From assembly GCA_034666965.1 (NCBI GenBank), contig JAXDKT010000122.1, positions 6,928 to 70,927 on the forward strand: 64,000 bases of DNA. Reading direction: 5' to 3'. The first letter of the stretch is position 1; each line of letters starts with the position of its first letter. This stretch comes from Chloroflexota bacterium. GTDB taxonomy: Bacteria > Chloroflexota > Limnocylindria > Limnocylindrales > CSP1-4. The translations under genes were made by a program, and so were the position numbers. A model generated the notes under the pieces. The model ran no database searches, was not told the DNA's origin, and saw only the letters and a list, made by a program, of their open reading frames with translations. Below are positions 1 through 10,068 of the stretch, one piece after another.

Positions 1-8
1 CGACGGGG

Positions 9-1040
9 TCACGGCGTCACATCCGATTCGGGCCCGTCCAGCCCGAGCGACGCCTGGCGCATGGCATCCGCGGCGCCGCCGGCGGGCAGGGTGGCCGACA
101 CGTATCCGTACGACAGCGAGCCGAGCAGCGCCAGCGGCGCGGTCGTCGTCAGGCGATAGCCGAGCACGACCGCGGCGGCGGCCGGCGGCTCGACGCCCAG
201 CGAGCCGAGGAGCGTGGCCAGGACGAGGTCGGTCGCGCCCAGGCCGAACGGCAGGAACGACAGGACCCCGACCGTGATCGACAGGCCCAGGGCGCCCCAC
301 GCGACGAGCGGGTCGAGCGTCACCCCCGTGGCCCGCGCGACCAGCAACAGCTGAGCGGTGTAGGTCACCATGATCAGGGTCGTCGTCGTGGCGAAGATGG
401 CGAGCCGGGTGGGCTCGGTCAGCAGCCCGCCGATCGTGGCATCGATCCGACCCAGGCTGGCTGCGATCCGGAGCCATCGCTCGCGGCCCATGACTCGTCC
501 GAGCGGCAGCGCGGCGATCAACGCCGAGGGCCGGATCCCGAGCGCGTACACGAGCGCCGGCAGGACCGCCAGCACGACGAACCCGATGACGGCGAGCGCT
601 CCGGGTAACCCGGCCAGGTGGGTCGCCCAGGCGATCGCGGCGCTACCGGCGAGATAGCCGATCGCGACCACCCGCTCGATGAGGACCACGGCCGTGCCGG
701 TCGGGTAGTCGACGCCGTGGCGCTGGCGCAGGAGGTACAGCCGCAGGAGCTCGCCCACCGAGCCGGGGGTCAGCGCGTTGATCGTGTTGGCCAGCGCCGT
801 CATCGGGATCAGCGGCCGGATCGACACCGGTCGACCGGCGGCTCCGAGCAGGTCGGCCGACCGGACGGCCCACAGGACCACGACCGCGCCGTTGAGCGCG
901 ACGGCAAGGACCAGTGGCGCCGCGTCGAGCGTGGCCAGGAGACCGCCGGCCTCCCAGGGTCGGGTTCGCCACGCGACGAGACCCAGGAGCGTGACCGTGA
1001 CCGGTAGCCACACGATCGGGCGACGGAGCCAGCGGGTCAC
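9..1040 (-). CDS. UPF0104 / lysyl-phosphatidylglycerol-synthase-TM-like (flippase-like) integral membrane protein
   Basis: The polytopic membrane protein from the ORF track resembles the LPG-synthase transmembrane region (UPF0104) family. The start was moved from 1232 to a GTG at 1040..1038; plus-strand 1037-1040 reads tcac, which is GTGA on the minus strand overlapping the stop of the upstream gene. Confidence 0.5.
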   Translation of the reverse strand: MTRWLRRPIVWLPVTVTLLGLVAWRTRPWEAGGLLATLDAAPLVLAVALNGAVVVLWAVRSADLLGAAGRPVSIRPLIPMTALANTINALTPGSVGELLRLYLLRQRHGVDYPTGTAVVLIERVVAIGYLAGSAAIAWATHLAGLPGALAVIGFVVLAVLPALVYALGIRPSALIAALPLGRVMGRERWLRIAASLGRIDATIGGLLTEPTRLAIFATTTTLIMVTYTAQLLLVARATGVTLDPLVAWGALGLSITVGVLSFLPFGLGATDLVLATLLGSLGVEPPAAAAVVLGYRLTTTAPLALLGSLSYGYVSATLPAGGAADAMRQASLGLDGPESDVTP

Positions 1041-3214
1041 GGCTGCGGCTCGAGGACGATCGCGTCGGGGGTGACGCTCACGATTACCCAGCCCTGGATC
1101 GGGCTGGCCCCGGTCGCGATCGAACCGGCCGGCATGAACCCGCGGATGGACTGGACCGTGACCGGGTCGACGGCTTCGATCCGGATCCGGTCGCCGGCCA
1201 CCGTCATCACCGGGGCGTGGACGACCTGCCATTCGTCGCTTCCCGGCGCCGGGATGTCCAGCACGGTCGAGGATCGAGTCCGGCCCGACGAGTCCATCAC
1301 CATGACGGTGATCCGACGAGCGGCCGGCGGCCCGATCGCCGGCAGGGCAGCCGGCGGCCCGGTCGCCGGCAGGGCTGGCGCCGCGGCGAGCACCCGGATC
1401 TCGAGATCGGCCGGCCCGCTGTAGGACGAGAGCACCGCGAACGAGGCCCCGGCCTCGAGCGCCACACCGTCCCAGCCGTTGCCCTCGGCCGCGCTGGCCT
1501 GGCCGGTGCGCATGCCCGGCCGCGATGCCGCGACCGCGGCCGCCGCATCCAGCAGGCCAAGTCGATCGCCCCGCCGGGCCACGACGATCTCGTTCGCGCC
1601 ATACGAACGCGCGAGGGATGCGAGCCGATCCGGGTCGCCGTCGAAGGCGTCGAGCAGGTCAGCCCGGCGCTCGTCCTGGCTCCGTCCACTGAAGATCGCC
1701 GGGTCGAACGCGAGCTTCGCGTAGCCGGCCGGTAGCAGCGCGACGACGTGGTGACCGGTCTCGTACCAGGCCAGCGACGACCAGTCCTCGTAGGTCAGGA
1801 CGGTCCGCCGTGGTCCGGCCGCGGGCAGCACGGCGCGAAAGTCCGGCACTCGATCGCGGGCCAGGTCGAGGTGGGCGTAGGTCGGGCGGGTCCAGGTCTC
1901 GGCCAGCAGGAGCGTGGTCGCGACCGTCGTGGGGACGCAGGCCAGCAGCGTCGCCCCGGTCACCAGCCCGGCGATGGCCGCCCGCGGACTCGGCCGAACG
2001 AGCCGCAGCCGGCCGACCAGATCCTCGGCTGCGGTCACCAGCCCAAGCGCGGCGAGCATGGTCATGGGCTGGCCGGCCAGCAGCCATAGCCGCTGCGGCC
2101 GGAGGGCATCCTCGAGGGGCCAGTCGGGCTGGTACAGGACGGCCAGGGCAAAGGCGAGCCCGAACCAGGCCACCAGCCCAAGCGGAACCTCGGCAACAGT
2201 TGGCCGCCAGGGTCCCACCGACCGACCGCCGGGTCGCGGACCGTCGCCCCGACGCAGGAACAGCAGGGCCACGCCCGATCCGACGATGCCGAATGGCAGG
2301 AGCAGGCCAAACTGGCGGGGATAGCTCCAGGGCCCGAACCGGGCCGCGACGAGGGTGTCCGCCGATTCGAGCGCGACGCCTCCATTCCGCCGGATCGCCT
2401 CGAGCTGGCCGAGGAACCACGGCGCGAACAGGGCGATCGCCAGCGCGCCGGCCAGGACCAGGACCCCGATCGCCTGGCGCCGTCGCTGGGGCGATCGGAC
2501 CGCGATGACGGCCACGACCGCGAGCATGGCGAACGGCACCGGCAGGAGGAGTTGGACCTGGACGAGGCTGCACCAGCCCAGCAGCCCGCCGGCGACCAAG
2601 CCCCAGACGATCGCCCCGCGCCGGGTATCGGCCGCCAGCGCCTTGAAGAAGGCCAGCAACGCCCAGGGCAGGAGCGCGAAGACGACGTCCCGGGGATAGA
2701 GCGGGTATGCCTCGTGGCCGACCATGAACAGGCTGTTGACCCATAGCCGGCCCGCGCTGAGGTCGTAGCCGCCACCGAACACCGTCAGCGTCGCGGCCAG
2801 GACCGCGACCCACGGTCGGCCGGTCAGCCAGCGCACCAGCAGGAACGTGCCGATCGGCAGAACCGGCAACCACAGCCAGGTGAGGAGCCGGTCGGCGTCG
2901 CCGAAGGCGAGGCCGAGCGTGGCCATGACCGCGGCGGCCAGCGCGTGGAAGCCGGGTGGGTAGTAGGTCGGCAGACCGGGGTAGGCGCCCCCGGGTGGGA
3001 GCTCGCCGCGCAGGATCGCGTTGGCCAGCGCCGAATGGTAGAGCAGGTCGCCTCCCTGCCAGCCGGGGCCGAGGTTCCGCCAACCGCCGACGACCTCCGT
3101 GGCGACGATCAGGGCCGCCATGGCGGCAAGCGGCCCGGGAACCTGGACCAGCAACTGCCGTACACTCCGGGACGACCCTGCTCCCGACCGAGCCGGCCCA
3201 TCCGCGGCTGTCAC
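1037..3214 (-). CDS. large polytopic membrane glycosyltransferase (GT-C fold, PMT/ArnT-like) with C-terminal extracytoplasmic domain
   Basis: A 725-aa ORF with a multi-TM N-terminal half (motifs such as YYPPGFH and long hydrophobic segments) followed by a soluble C-terminal domain. It overlaps the downstream gene by 4 nt. The true start could instead be an internal Met about 30 codons in. Confidence 0.45.
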   Translation of the reverse strand: MTAADGPARSGAGSSRSVRQLLVQVPGPLAAMAALIVATEVVGGWRNLGPGWQGGDLLYHSALANAILRGELPPGGAYPGLPTYYPPGFHALAAAVMATLGLAFGDADRLLTWLWLPVLPIGTFLLVRWLTGRPWVAVLAATLTVFGGGYDLSAGRLWVNSLFMVGHEAYPLYPRDVVFALLPWALLAFFKALAADTRRGAIVWGLVAGGLLGWCSLVQVQLLLPVPFAMLAVVAVIAVRSPQRRRQAIGVLVLAGALAIALFAPWFLGQLEAIRRNGGVALESADTLVAARFGPWSYPRQFGLLLPFGIVGSGVALLFLRRGDGPRPGGRSVGPWRPTVAEVPLGLVAWFGLAFALAVLYQPDWPLEDALRPQRLWLLAGQPMTMLAALGLVTAAEDLVGRLRLVRPSPRAAIAGLVTGATLLACVPTTVATTLLLAETWTRPTYAHLDLARDRVPDFRAVLPAAGPRRTVLTYEDWSSLAWYETGHHVVALLPAGYAKLAFDPAIFSGRSQDERRADLLDAFDGDPDRLASLARSYGANEIVVARRGDRLGLLDAAAAVAASRPGMRTGQASAAEGNGWDGVALEAGASFAVLSSYSGPADLEIRVLAAAPALPATGPPAALPAIGPPAARRITVMVMDSSGRTRSSTVLDIPAPGSDEWQVVHAPVMTVAGDRIRIEAVDPVTVQSIRGFMPAGSIATGASPIQGWVIVSVTPDAIVLEPQP

Positions 3215-3244
3215 CTGCCCGCGTCGAGGTTCGCGCGTCCGTCC

Positions 3245-5344
3245 ATGGAACCCGTTGCCGTGATCGCCGCCGTGCTCCAGGCCGGCGTCGCGCTGGCCCT
3301 CATCTTCTTCGTTCCAGGGCTGGCCCTCGGTCCGATCATCGCGCCCGGCGCCTCGACCCCGCTGGGGCGGATCGGGCGGGCCGTGGGCGCCAGTCTACTG
3401 ACGACATCGATCGGTTGCACCGTGCTGGCCTGGCTGGGCATCCTCGCCCCGGGAACGACGATCGCGTTTCTGGTCGCGATCACGGGTCTTGCCCTTGTTG
3501 CCCGCCGCCGTTCGCTCCGCCCCTGGCGGCCGCCGTCCCGACGGGCCATCCGCTGGTGGCTCGGCGCGGGGGCGGCCACCGTGCTCGCCGCGGGACTGGC
3601 GATCATCCCATCCCGGCTGGCTGTGGGGGACTCGCTGCTGCCCTTCACCTCGACGGTGTGGTACTACGCCAACCTGGCCCGCGTGGTGGCCACCGCCGGC
3701 GGCTTCCCGGCGGTCCTTCCGGAATGGGGCACCGAGCGACCGTTCCAGACCGACTACCTGCCGGTCACCGCGCACACGGCCGCCAGCCTCCAGCTTCTGC
3801 CCGGAGACCTGCTCGTCCAGCTGGAGCTCTACCGGATGGCCCTCCTGATCGTGGGGTTGGTCCTGGCCGCCCTCCTCTTTCGGCGGTGGGTGAGCAGCTG
3901 GCTGGCCCTGCTCGGGGCGATCCTGCTGGTCACGACCGTCCGCCTCGAGTTCAAGTACCTGGCCTACAAGCCGGAGACGTTCGCCCTCGACCTGGCCCTG
4001 TTCGGGTTATGGCTGGCCGACCGGGCCATCGTCGAGCGGTCGCGGAGACTGACGGTCACGGCGGCCGTTACCGGCGGGCTCGTCTACCTGGCCCACGCCG
4101 AGGTCTTCCTGGTCTACCTCGCGGCCGTCGCCGGGATGGTGGTGGCGCGCAGCTTCGTGGTGTCCGGCGGCCGGGCCCGACTGGGGTTGGGCATCGCCCG
4201 AGGCTTCTGGCGGCGGATCGGGCTCGGACTCGGGCTCGTGGCCCTGGCGATCGTCGGCGGGACGCTCGCGAACGGCGCCCTGACCGGCTCGTTCCGGATC
4301 GTCGGTTACGTGACCGCCGATCGAGTCGAGACCGATGGGGGCAGCGCGGCCGCGGCCTTCGATCCGGCAGAGGTGCCACCGGGTTGGGTCCTGAGCGGCG
4401 ACCCGACCTGGGATTTCTACGTGGCGGCCGTCGCCCCGGCCGCGGTCGGTCAGCCGGCGCCGCACCGGTTCCTCGACCCGCGGATGCTGCCCCGCTCGAT
4501 CCTGGTGGTCTGGTCCGGGCTCGACGCGCGCGACCGGGCCGAGCTGGTCGTGCTCCTGGCCATGCTCGCCGTGCCGATCGCCGCGTGGCCCTTCCTCGAC
4601 CGGCGGCGTCGTTGGGCCGTCGTGACCTGGACCGTGTTCGGGGTCGCGATCTTCGCCGGCTCATACGCGCTCTTCGCGATCAGCCACACCTATGTCCCGC
4701 AGCGGACGGGTCCGCGCCGGATCATGCCCTACGAGCTGTTCGTGTCGGTCGGGGCGGGCGTCTTCCTGCTGTGGGGGATCGACCGGCTGGTGGGTCGTGG
4801 CTGGCGGGCGCTCCTGCCTCGGCGGGGGGCCATGCTGGCCGCCGGGGCGGCGCTCGCGATCGTCTGCACGGCGATGGTCTCGTCGGGGCCGGTGACCGCG
4901 CTCGACGACCCCGACCCGGGGATCACCAGAGTCGGTTACGAGGCCTACCGCTGGATCGACGGGAACCTGCCGCCCGACGCCCGCATCCTGACCAACGCCT
5001 ACACCGACGGCGCCCTGACGGCCCTGTCCCATCGGGTCGGCATCGTCGACGGGCGCGCCGTCTATCTCGAGAACCCCGCCTTCCTGCACGAGTCGACCGC
5101 GCTGGCACTGGGCGCCCGGGTCGTGTTCGGCGACCCGACCGGAGCGGGCGCCAGGTCGTTCCTCGATCGCGAGCGGGTCGACCACCTGCTGGTCGTGGGG
5201 CCCTCGGGCAGCGGCAACGACATCGGCGGCTACCTGCCCTTCGCGACGGACACGGTCGCGCTCGGGGCGAGCCCTCGATACACTCTGGTTCGGACGTTCG
5301 GCGACGGCCGGCTGTCCCTGTATCGCGTCGAGCCGGGTCGCTAA
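3245..5344 (+). CDS. polytopic membrane protein, possible GT-C-type glycosyltransferase
   Basis: The ORF track frame 2945..5344 has an Arg/Pro-rich N-terminal extension that I rejected. The credible start is the ATG at 3245 (MEPVAVIAAVLQ...), which opens a hydrophobic multi-TM protein of about 699 aa. It is divergent from the 1037..3214 gene. Confidence 0.45.
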   Translation: MEPVAVIAAVLQAGVALALIFFVPGLALGPIIAPGASTPLGRIGRAVGASLLTTSIGCTVLAWLGILAPGTTIAFLVAITGLALVARRRSLRPWRPPSRRAIRWWLGAGAATVLAAGLAIIPSRLAVGDSLLPFTSTVWYYANLARVVATAGGFPAVLPEWGTERPFQTDYLPVTAHTAASLQLLPGDLLVQLELYRMALLIVGLVLAALLFRRWVSSWLALLGAILLVTTVRLEFKYLAYKPETFALDLALFGLWLADRAIVERSRRLTVTAAVTGGLVYLAHAEVFLVYLAAVAGMVVARSFVVSGGRARLGLGIARGFWRRIGLGLGLVALAIVGGTLANGALTGSFRIVGYVTADRVETDGGSAAAAFDPAEVPPGWVLSGDPTWDFYVAAVAPAAVGQPAPHRFLDPRMLPRSILVVWSGLDARDRAELVVLLAMLAVPIAAWPFLDRRRRWAVVTWTVFGVAIFAGSYALFAISHTYVPQRTGPRRIMPYELFVSVGAGVFLLWGIDRLVGRGWRALLPRRGAMLAAGAALAIVCTAMVSSGPVTALDDPDPGITRVGYEAYRWIDGNLPPDARILTNAYTDGALTALSHRVGIVDGRAVYLENPAFLHESTALALGARVVFGDPTGAGARSFLDRERVDHLLVVGPSGSGNDIGGYLPFATDTVALGASPRYTLVRTFGDGRLSLYRVEPGR

Positions 5345-5414
5345 CCGCCCGGCCGGGCCCCGCTCTCGGAGGCGTCCCGCTGTCGGATCGCATGCCGCCC
5401 GTTCGGAGCCGCCC

Positions 5415-6935
5415 GTGATCGTGGCGGGCGCGAGCGAGGCGCGGCCAGGCCCGCTGGACCTCTACCGGACCATCTGGGCCACGGGCACGGCCTGGACCGA
5501 CCGGCGCTGGGTTCGCACGGGCGTCGAGGTCGGCTTCATCGCGACCTGGCTGCTGCTGCGGCTGAGCGGTAGTCATCCGGCGCTCGACGGGGCATGGACG
5601 GCCGCCGCCGTCGGGCTGAGCCTCCTCGCGCCGGGCTCGGGGCTGGTCGTCCTCGTCGCGATCGCGCCCTGGAACGAGCCCCTGACGCTGGGTCACGCGC
5701 TGGGTCTGCGCAACCTGCTGCCGCCGACCCTGGGCGTGTCGGTCGGCCTGCGGATCCTGGCGAGGCCGCGGTCGATGCCGTGGTCGCCGCCCACCCTCGC
5801 GGCGGTCGGCCTGCTCGCCGTCACCCTTCTCCTGGGCGTCGGGACGATGTACTCGTGGAACGGCCGGTCGATCGGCTGGGACAGCGCCACGTTCTGGCTG
5901 GCCGGCTTTGGCGGGGCCATGTTGGTGCTGCTGGTCGCGGTCTGGCTGGGCTACCACGGTGATCGGCGGCCGCTCTGGGCTGCGGTCATCGCTGCGACCG
6001 TGGCGGGCCTCCTGAGCCTGGTCGACTACCTGCTGCCAAACCTGCTCGGCGACCTGTCGCTGCAGGCGCTCCTGTCGGATCGCGAATTCGGGGGGCGCCT
6101 GGCGGGTGCCATCGCATCGCCCCCCGCGATGGTCTCGCTGCTGATCGCCCCGACGGCCGTCTTCGCCGCGGCCCTGGTCCTGGCCCAGGACCGTCGCCTG
6201 CGGATCGCAGCGGCCGTGCTCCTGCCGGCGCTCCTCGCGACCCTCGCCCTGACCTATTCCAGGGCCGCGATCCTGGCCGTGTTCGCGGTCGCCGTGATCG
6301 TCCTCTGGCGATGGCGCCGGCGGGTCGGGGCTGGACTGCTGGTCGTGGGGCTGCTGGTCGGTGTCGCCCTGACCCCGGTCTACCTCCAGACACGCGCAAA
6401 CGCGCTGGGAGGCAGCGCCGTCGTCCAGCCCGGTCGGGTGCTGATCGCCGGCGACGAGCAACGGATCACGGCCTGGGGCGCGGCCGCCCGGATGTGGCTC
6501 GACCAGCCGCTCCTCGGCCACGGCTTCCGGAGCTACAAGATCCTGGCGCCGGCGTACGGCGATCCGGTCCTCGGCTCGCCGCACAACGAATGGCTCCGGC
6601 TGTTCGCCGAGGAGGGGATCGCGGCGGGGATCCTGGGGGTCGCCTTTCTGGTGCTGGTCGCCGGGCGGCTGGCTCGCTCGCCGGGCTGGCTGGCCACGGG
6701 GGCACTGGGCGCCTTCATCGGCTGGGCAATCACGGCCACCTTCAACAACCCGTTCCTGTTCCTCCAGGTCAACGCGATCGTGTTCACCGTGGCCGGGATC
6801 GCGCTGGGGTTCGGGCAGCGTGCGGGTGTTCCAGACGGTCCCGCGCCTGCGGGTGATCCGGAGCCTCCGAGCGCTCTGAAGCCGTCGAATGTGCCGGCCC
6901 CTGAGCCTCCGGCCGACGCGGTGGGGCCAGCCTGA
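5415..6935 (+). CDS. O-antigen ligase/polymerase family membrane protein (Wzy_C domain)
   Basis: Multi-TM protein with the Wzy_C signature region (TYSRAAILAV ... GHGFRSYKIL ... SPHNEWLRLFAEEG). GTG start. Confidence 0.6.
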   Translation: MIVAGASEARPGPLDLYRTIWATGTAWTDRRWVRTGVEVGFIATWLLLRLSGSHPALDGAWTAAAVGLSLLAPGSGLVVLVAIAPWNEPLTLGHALGLRNLLPPTLGVSVGLRILARPRSMPWSPPTLAAVGLLAVTLLLGVGTMYSWNGRSIGWDSATFWLAGFGGAMLVLLVAVWLGYHGDRRPLWAAVIAATVAGLLSLVDYLLPNLLGDLSLQALLSDREFGGRLAGAIASPPAMVSLLIAPTAVFAAALVLAQDRRLRIAAAVLLPALLATLALTYSRAAILAVFAVAVIVLWRWRRRVGAGLLVVGLLVGVALTPVYLQTRANALGGSAVVQPGRVLIAGDEQRITAWGAAARMWLDQPLLGHGFRSYKILAPAYGDPVLGSPHNEWLRLFAEEGIAAGILGVAFLVLVAGRLARSPGWLATGALGAFIGWAITATFNNPFLFLQVNAIVFTVAGIALGFGQRAGVPDGPAPAGDPEPPSALKPSNVPAPEPPADAVGPA

Positions 6936-7984
6936 TGCCGAGCCTCCTGCGGATCGTCGGAGCACTGCTCGGGCTGCTTCTCGTCTGGCTGGCCGTCCGG
7001 CGTTTGAGACGTGCCGGAAGTGGCAGCCGGGTTCCGGCGACGGGTCTGTTGATCGTCGGGCTCGGGTTGGTGGCGATCGCGGCCGTGCCCGACCTCGTCC
7101 GACCGATCCAGGACGTCCTCGGTCTGTCCGGCGAGCCGCTCGGAAGGCTGGTTACGGTGCTGGTCGTGAGCGTGACCGTCGCGTATCTGCTGGTGTTCTA
7201 CGCCCTGGCTCGGGCTGATCGCGCCAATCAACGCGTCAGCCGCCTGGTCCGCGCCCTGTCCGTCGCTCAGGTCGAGTCGTCGCGCCTGGCCGGAGTACCG
7301 CTCGGTGGCGTCCTGGTGTGCATCGCGGCCTACGACGAGGCGGACAACCTGCCCGGCGTCCTGCGCGAGATCCCGACCGAGGTCGCCGGGCTGCCGACCC
7401 ACGCCCTGGTCATCGACGATGGCTCACGCGACGCGACCGTCGAGGTGGCCCGGGCCCACGGCGCCGAGGTCGTCAGCCACCCGGTCAACAGCGGGCAGGG
7501 CGCAGCGCTCCAGACCGGCTACCTGGTCGCCGAACGGCTGGGGGTCGATGTCGTCGTGACCCTCGACGCCGACGGTCAGCACGATCCGGCCGAGATGACC
7601 CGGCTGGTCGAGCCGATTGTCGCCGGGACGGCCGATTTCGTGGTCGGTTCGCGGCGGATGGGCGACTACGAGAAGGAGTCGACCACGCGCGACGCCGGGA
7701 TCAGCCTCTACACCCGGCTGATCAACCTGCTCGGCGGGACGAACGTCACCGACGTCGCCAACGGCTACCGGGCCATCCGTGCCTCGCTCCTGGCCGAGAT
7801 CGCCTTCACCGAAGACCAGTTCCACAATCCGGAGCTGTTGCTTGGCGCGGCGCGGGCCGGGCTACGCGTGGTCGACGTGCCGGTCACGATCCGCAAGCGC
7901 GCATCCGGTGTGAGCAAGAAGGGCACGAACTTGCGCTATGGGCTGGGGTTCCTCCGGGTGATCGTCAAGACGTGGTTGCGCTGA
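6935..7984 (+). CDS. GT2-family glycosyltransferase (dolichol-phosphate-mannose-synthase-like) with N-terminal membrane anchor
   Basis: GT2 catalytic core: CIAAYDEADNLPGVLREI ... LVIDDGSRDAT ... VVTLDADGQHDP. There is a 1-nt overlap (TGATG) with the upstream gene. Confidence 0.7.
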   Translation: MPSLLRIVGALLGLLLVWLAVRRLRRAGSGSRVPATGLLIVGLGLVAIAAVPDLVRPIQDVLGLSGEPLGRLVTVLVVSVTVAYLLVFYALARADRANQRVSRLVRALSVAQVESSRLAGVPLGGVLVCIAAYDEADNLPGVLREIPTEVAGLPTHALVIDDGSRDATVEVARAHGAEVVSHPVNSGQGAALQTGYLVAERLGVDVVVTLDADGQHDPAEMTRLVEPIVAGTADFVVGSRRMGDYEKESTTRDAGISLYTRLINLLGGTNVTDVANGYRAIRASLLAEIAFTEDQFHNPELLLGAARAGLRVVDVPVTIRKRASGVSKKGTNLRYGLGFLRVIVKTWLR

Positions 7985-8020
7985 CTCCCTGCACCCGGCC
8001 GGTTCACGTAGACTCGACCG

Positions 8021-9397
8021 GTGCTTGAGGCGAAGACGGCCCGGGGGGGCATCAAGTGGCCGGGCATCGGCGTCATCGCCCTCCTCGCCGGTCTCGTGGT
8101 CCTGCCGCTCTACCCCAAGATCGCGCTCATCGCGATCCGGGACACCTACATCCCGATCCGGATCGACGACCTGGTCACCATGGCCATCCTCGCTGCGTGG
8201 GCGGTCGTCCTGGTCCGCGAGCGGCGTCGGCCCAGGGTGCCACCCGTCGCTCTGCCCGCCGTCGTGTGGCTGGGCTTCGGCTTGCTGTCCCTCGTGCTCG
8301 GCGCGGCCGTGCTGGGCACCATCGGATGGGGCACCGGCATCCTGTTCTGGGCGAAGCCGATCGAGTACCTGCTCCTGGGCTGGGCCGCGTACGACCTGCT
8401 CGATCGCCCGGATCGCTGGCGGGCTGCCATCTGGATCGTGTTCATCACCGCCGCGGTCGTCGTGGGCTACGCCCTGCTCGAGCGCTTCCAGCTGGTGCCC
8501 CCCGCCCCGAACTACGCCTCGGATGTCACCGCGCGACGGGGCGCCCTGGGCTCGACCATGGGCGACCAGCACCAGATGGCGAGCTACCTCGGCATCGTCG
8601 TCCTGACGGGCGCCGCGCTGTGGCACCGCGCGAGACGCTGGCTCCGGGTCGGCGGGCTGGTCGCGTTGGTCGCGACCGCCTACGTCCTCCAGCACGCGGC
8701 CGCGCGCTCCGAGTTCATCGCTCTGGGCCTGGGCCTGGTGGTGCTGCTCTCCTGGCGCCCGGCCCGCCTCCCGGCCGCGGTGATGCTCCTGTCGATGGCG
8801 ATCATGTTCGTTCTGCCCTTCTCCGCCGAGCGAGCGCTCGATCGGGCCTTCGGGCTCCCGTCGGCGGCATCGACCGATGGCTCGCCGGGATTCGACGGCA
8901 CGGCCGGCGGGCCACCGGTCAGCGTGGCCGGTCGGATCGCCGACCTGGGCGACGACCGGAGTCTCAGCATCCGCCTCGAGCGCTGGCCGGTGTTCATCAA
9001 CAAGGCCATGCAGGATCCGCTCTTCGGCGTGGGGCCCTCGGCGGCCACCGAGGCGGCGGACGGCTACTACGTCCGTTCGTTCACGGAAGTCGGCATCGTT
9101 GGCACGATCGCGTTCGTGACCATGATCGTGGCGGTCGTCCTGGCCCTGCGCCGGGTCGTCCGGGAGGGTGCCGGCGCGCCCAGGGCACTGGCGATTGGGC
9201 TGATCGTGGCCACCCTGTTCGTGGCGCTGGTGAGCGTGCTGATCGACACCTGGGTGGCTTCGCGGGTGATGCAGCTGTACTGGCCGCTCGTTGGCGCGGC
9301 TCTGGCGACGCGCTGGTGGGCGAGCCGGCCGGGAAGGGGCGCGGAGGACCCCCGCCCGGGCCCGCCGGATGGGACACGTTCGCGAGGCTCGCCGTGA
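8021..9397 (+). CDS. second O-antigen ligase/polymerase family membrane protein (Wzy_C domain)
   Basis: Multi-TM protein. A Wzy_C-like segment sits near the C-terminus (DRSLSIRLERWPVFINKAMQDPLFGVGPSAATEAADGYYVRSFTEVGIVG). Confidence 0.55.
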   Translation: MLEAKTARGGIKWPGIGVIALLAGLVVLPLYPKIALIAIRDTYIPIRIDDLVTMAILAAWAVVLVRERRRPRVPPVALPAVVWLGFGLLSLVLGAAVLGTIGWGTGILFWAKPIEYLLLGWAAYDLLDRPDRWRAAIWIVFITAAVVVGYALLERFQLVPPAPNYASDVTARRGALGSTMGDQHQMASYLGIVVLTGAALWHRARRWLRVGGLVALVATAYVLQHAAARSEFIALGLGLVVLLSWRPARLPAAVMLLSMAIMFVLPFSAERALDRAFGLPSAASTDGSPGFDGTAGGPPVSVAGRIADLGDDRSLSIRLERWPVFINKAMQDPLFGVGPSAATEAADGYYVRSFTEVGIVGTIAFVTMIVAVVLALRRVVREGAGAPRALAIGLIVATLFVALVSVLIDTWVASRVMQLYWPLVGAALATRWWASRPGRGAEDPRPGPPDGTRSRGSP

Positions 9398-10068
9398 CCG
9401 TCCGGTCAGCGCTCCGGAACCGGATCAGACCGCCGGGTGGCTTCTCGGCGCGAGTCCAGCTGGCGCGACCCGGGGCACTCTCGGTCGGCCCCCGGACCTA
9501 CGCTGCGCGCTCCACCTTGATCAAGACGTGGGCGCCGAGCGAACGGATCGAGATCGGCGCCTGGTGCTCGATCGCCGGCGAGGTCCGGATCGTCCACCCT
9601 GGCGACTCTGAGGAGTTCACCGACCGCGACGGTCGGGGCGTCTCGCTGCGGCTGAGGGGCAACCACCGGCTGGAGACCGCGACCACGTTTCCGATCGGCA
9701 TCGTGCTCCCGGACCGCGAGTTCGACCGCCTTCCCGCGGACGGTTCGGTCCAGTCACGACCGCTGCGGATCGGAAGCGATGTCTGGGTCGGGTACCGGGC
9801 GACGATCCTGGGTCCGGCCACGATCGGGCACGGTGCCGTGGTTGGCGCAGGTTCGGTCGTCGCGGGCGACGTCCCGCCGTACGCCATCGTCGCCGGGAAC
9901 CCGGCCCGGATCCTGCGCATGCGCTTCCCTCCGGAGATCGTCGAGCGGCTCCTCAGGATCGCCTGGTGGGAATGGCCCGAGGAGCGGGTGATCGCTCAGG
10001 GCGAGTGGTTCCTGCGGCCGGCAAGCGAGTTCGTCGACCAGTTCGATCCCCCAGCCGAGACGCGATGA
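9394..10068 (+). CDS. hexapeptide-repeat acetyltransferase (XAT/CatB/Vat-like O-acetyltransferase)
   Basis: Left-handed beta-helix hexapeptide repeats plus the WWEWPEERV tail typical of xenobiotic-acetyltransferase-like proteins. The GTG start at 9394 overlaps the upstream stop (GTGA). Confidence 0.7.
   Translation: MTVRSALRNRIRPPGGFSARVQLARPGALSVGPRTYAARSTLIKTWAPSERIEIGAWCSIAGEVRIVHPGDSEEFTDRDGRGVSLRLRGNHRLETATTFPIGIVLPDREFDRLPADGSVQSRPLRIGSDVWVGYRATILGPATIGHGAVVGAGSVVAGDVPPYAIVAGNPARILRMRFPPEIVERLLRIAWWEWPEERVIAQGEWFLRPASEFVDQFDPPAETR

Noticed and set aside
1041-1232. N-terminal 64-aa extension of the first gene (ORF-track start 1232)
   Set aside because: The extension is Arg/Pro-rich and overlaps the upstream gene by 195 nt. 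A GTG at 1040 gives a clean GTGA stop/start overlap instead.
2945-3244. 100-aa N-terminal extension of the 3245..5344 membrane protein
   Set aside because: Low-complexity, Arg-rich and overlapping the divergent gene. An ATG at 3245 immediately precedes the first TM helix.
4923-6965. 680-aa antisense ORF (also 1659..3083, 4068..4664, 26813..29176, 39270..41408, 50542..52779, 52840..54696 and similar) with Arg/Pro/Gly-rich translations
   Set aside because: Typical long open frames on the opposite strand of real genes in a >70% GC genome. They have extreme R/P/G composition, no recognisable domains, and each overlaps a well-supported gene on the other strand.
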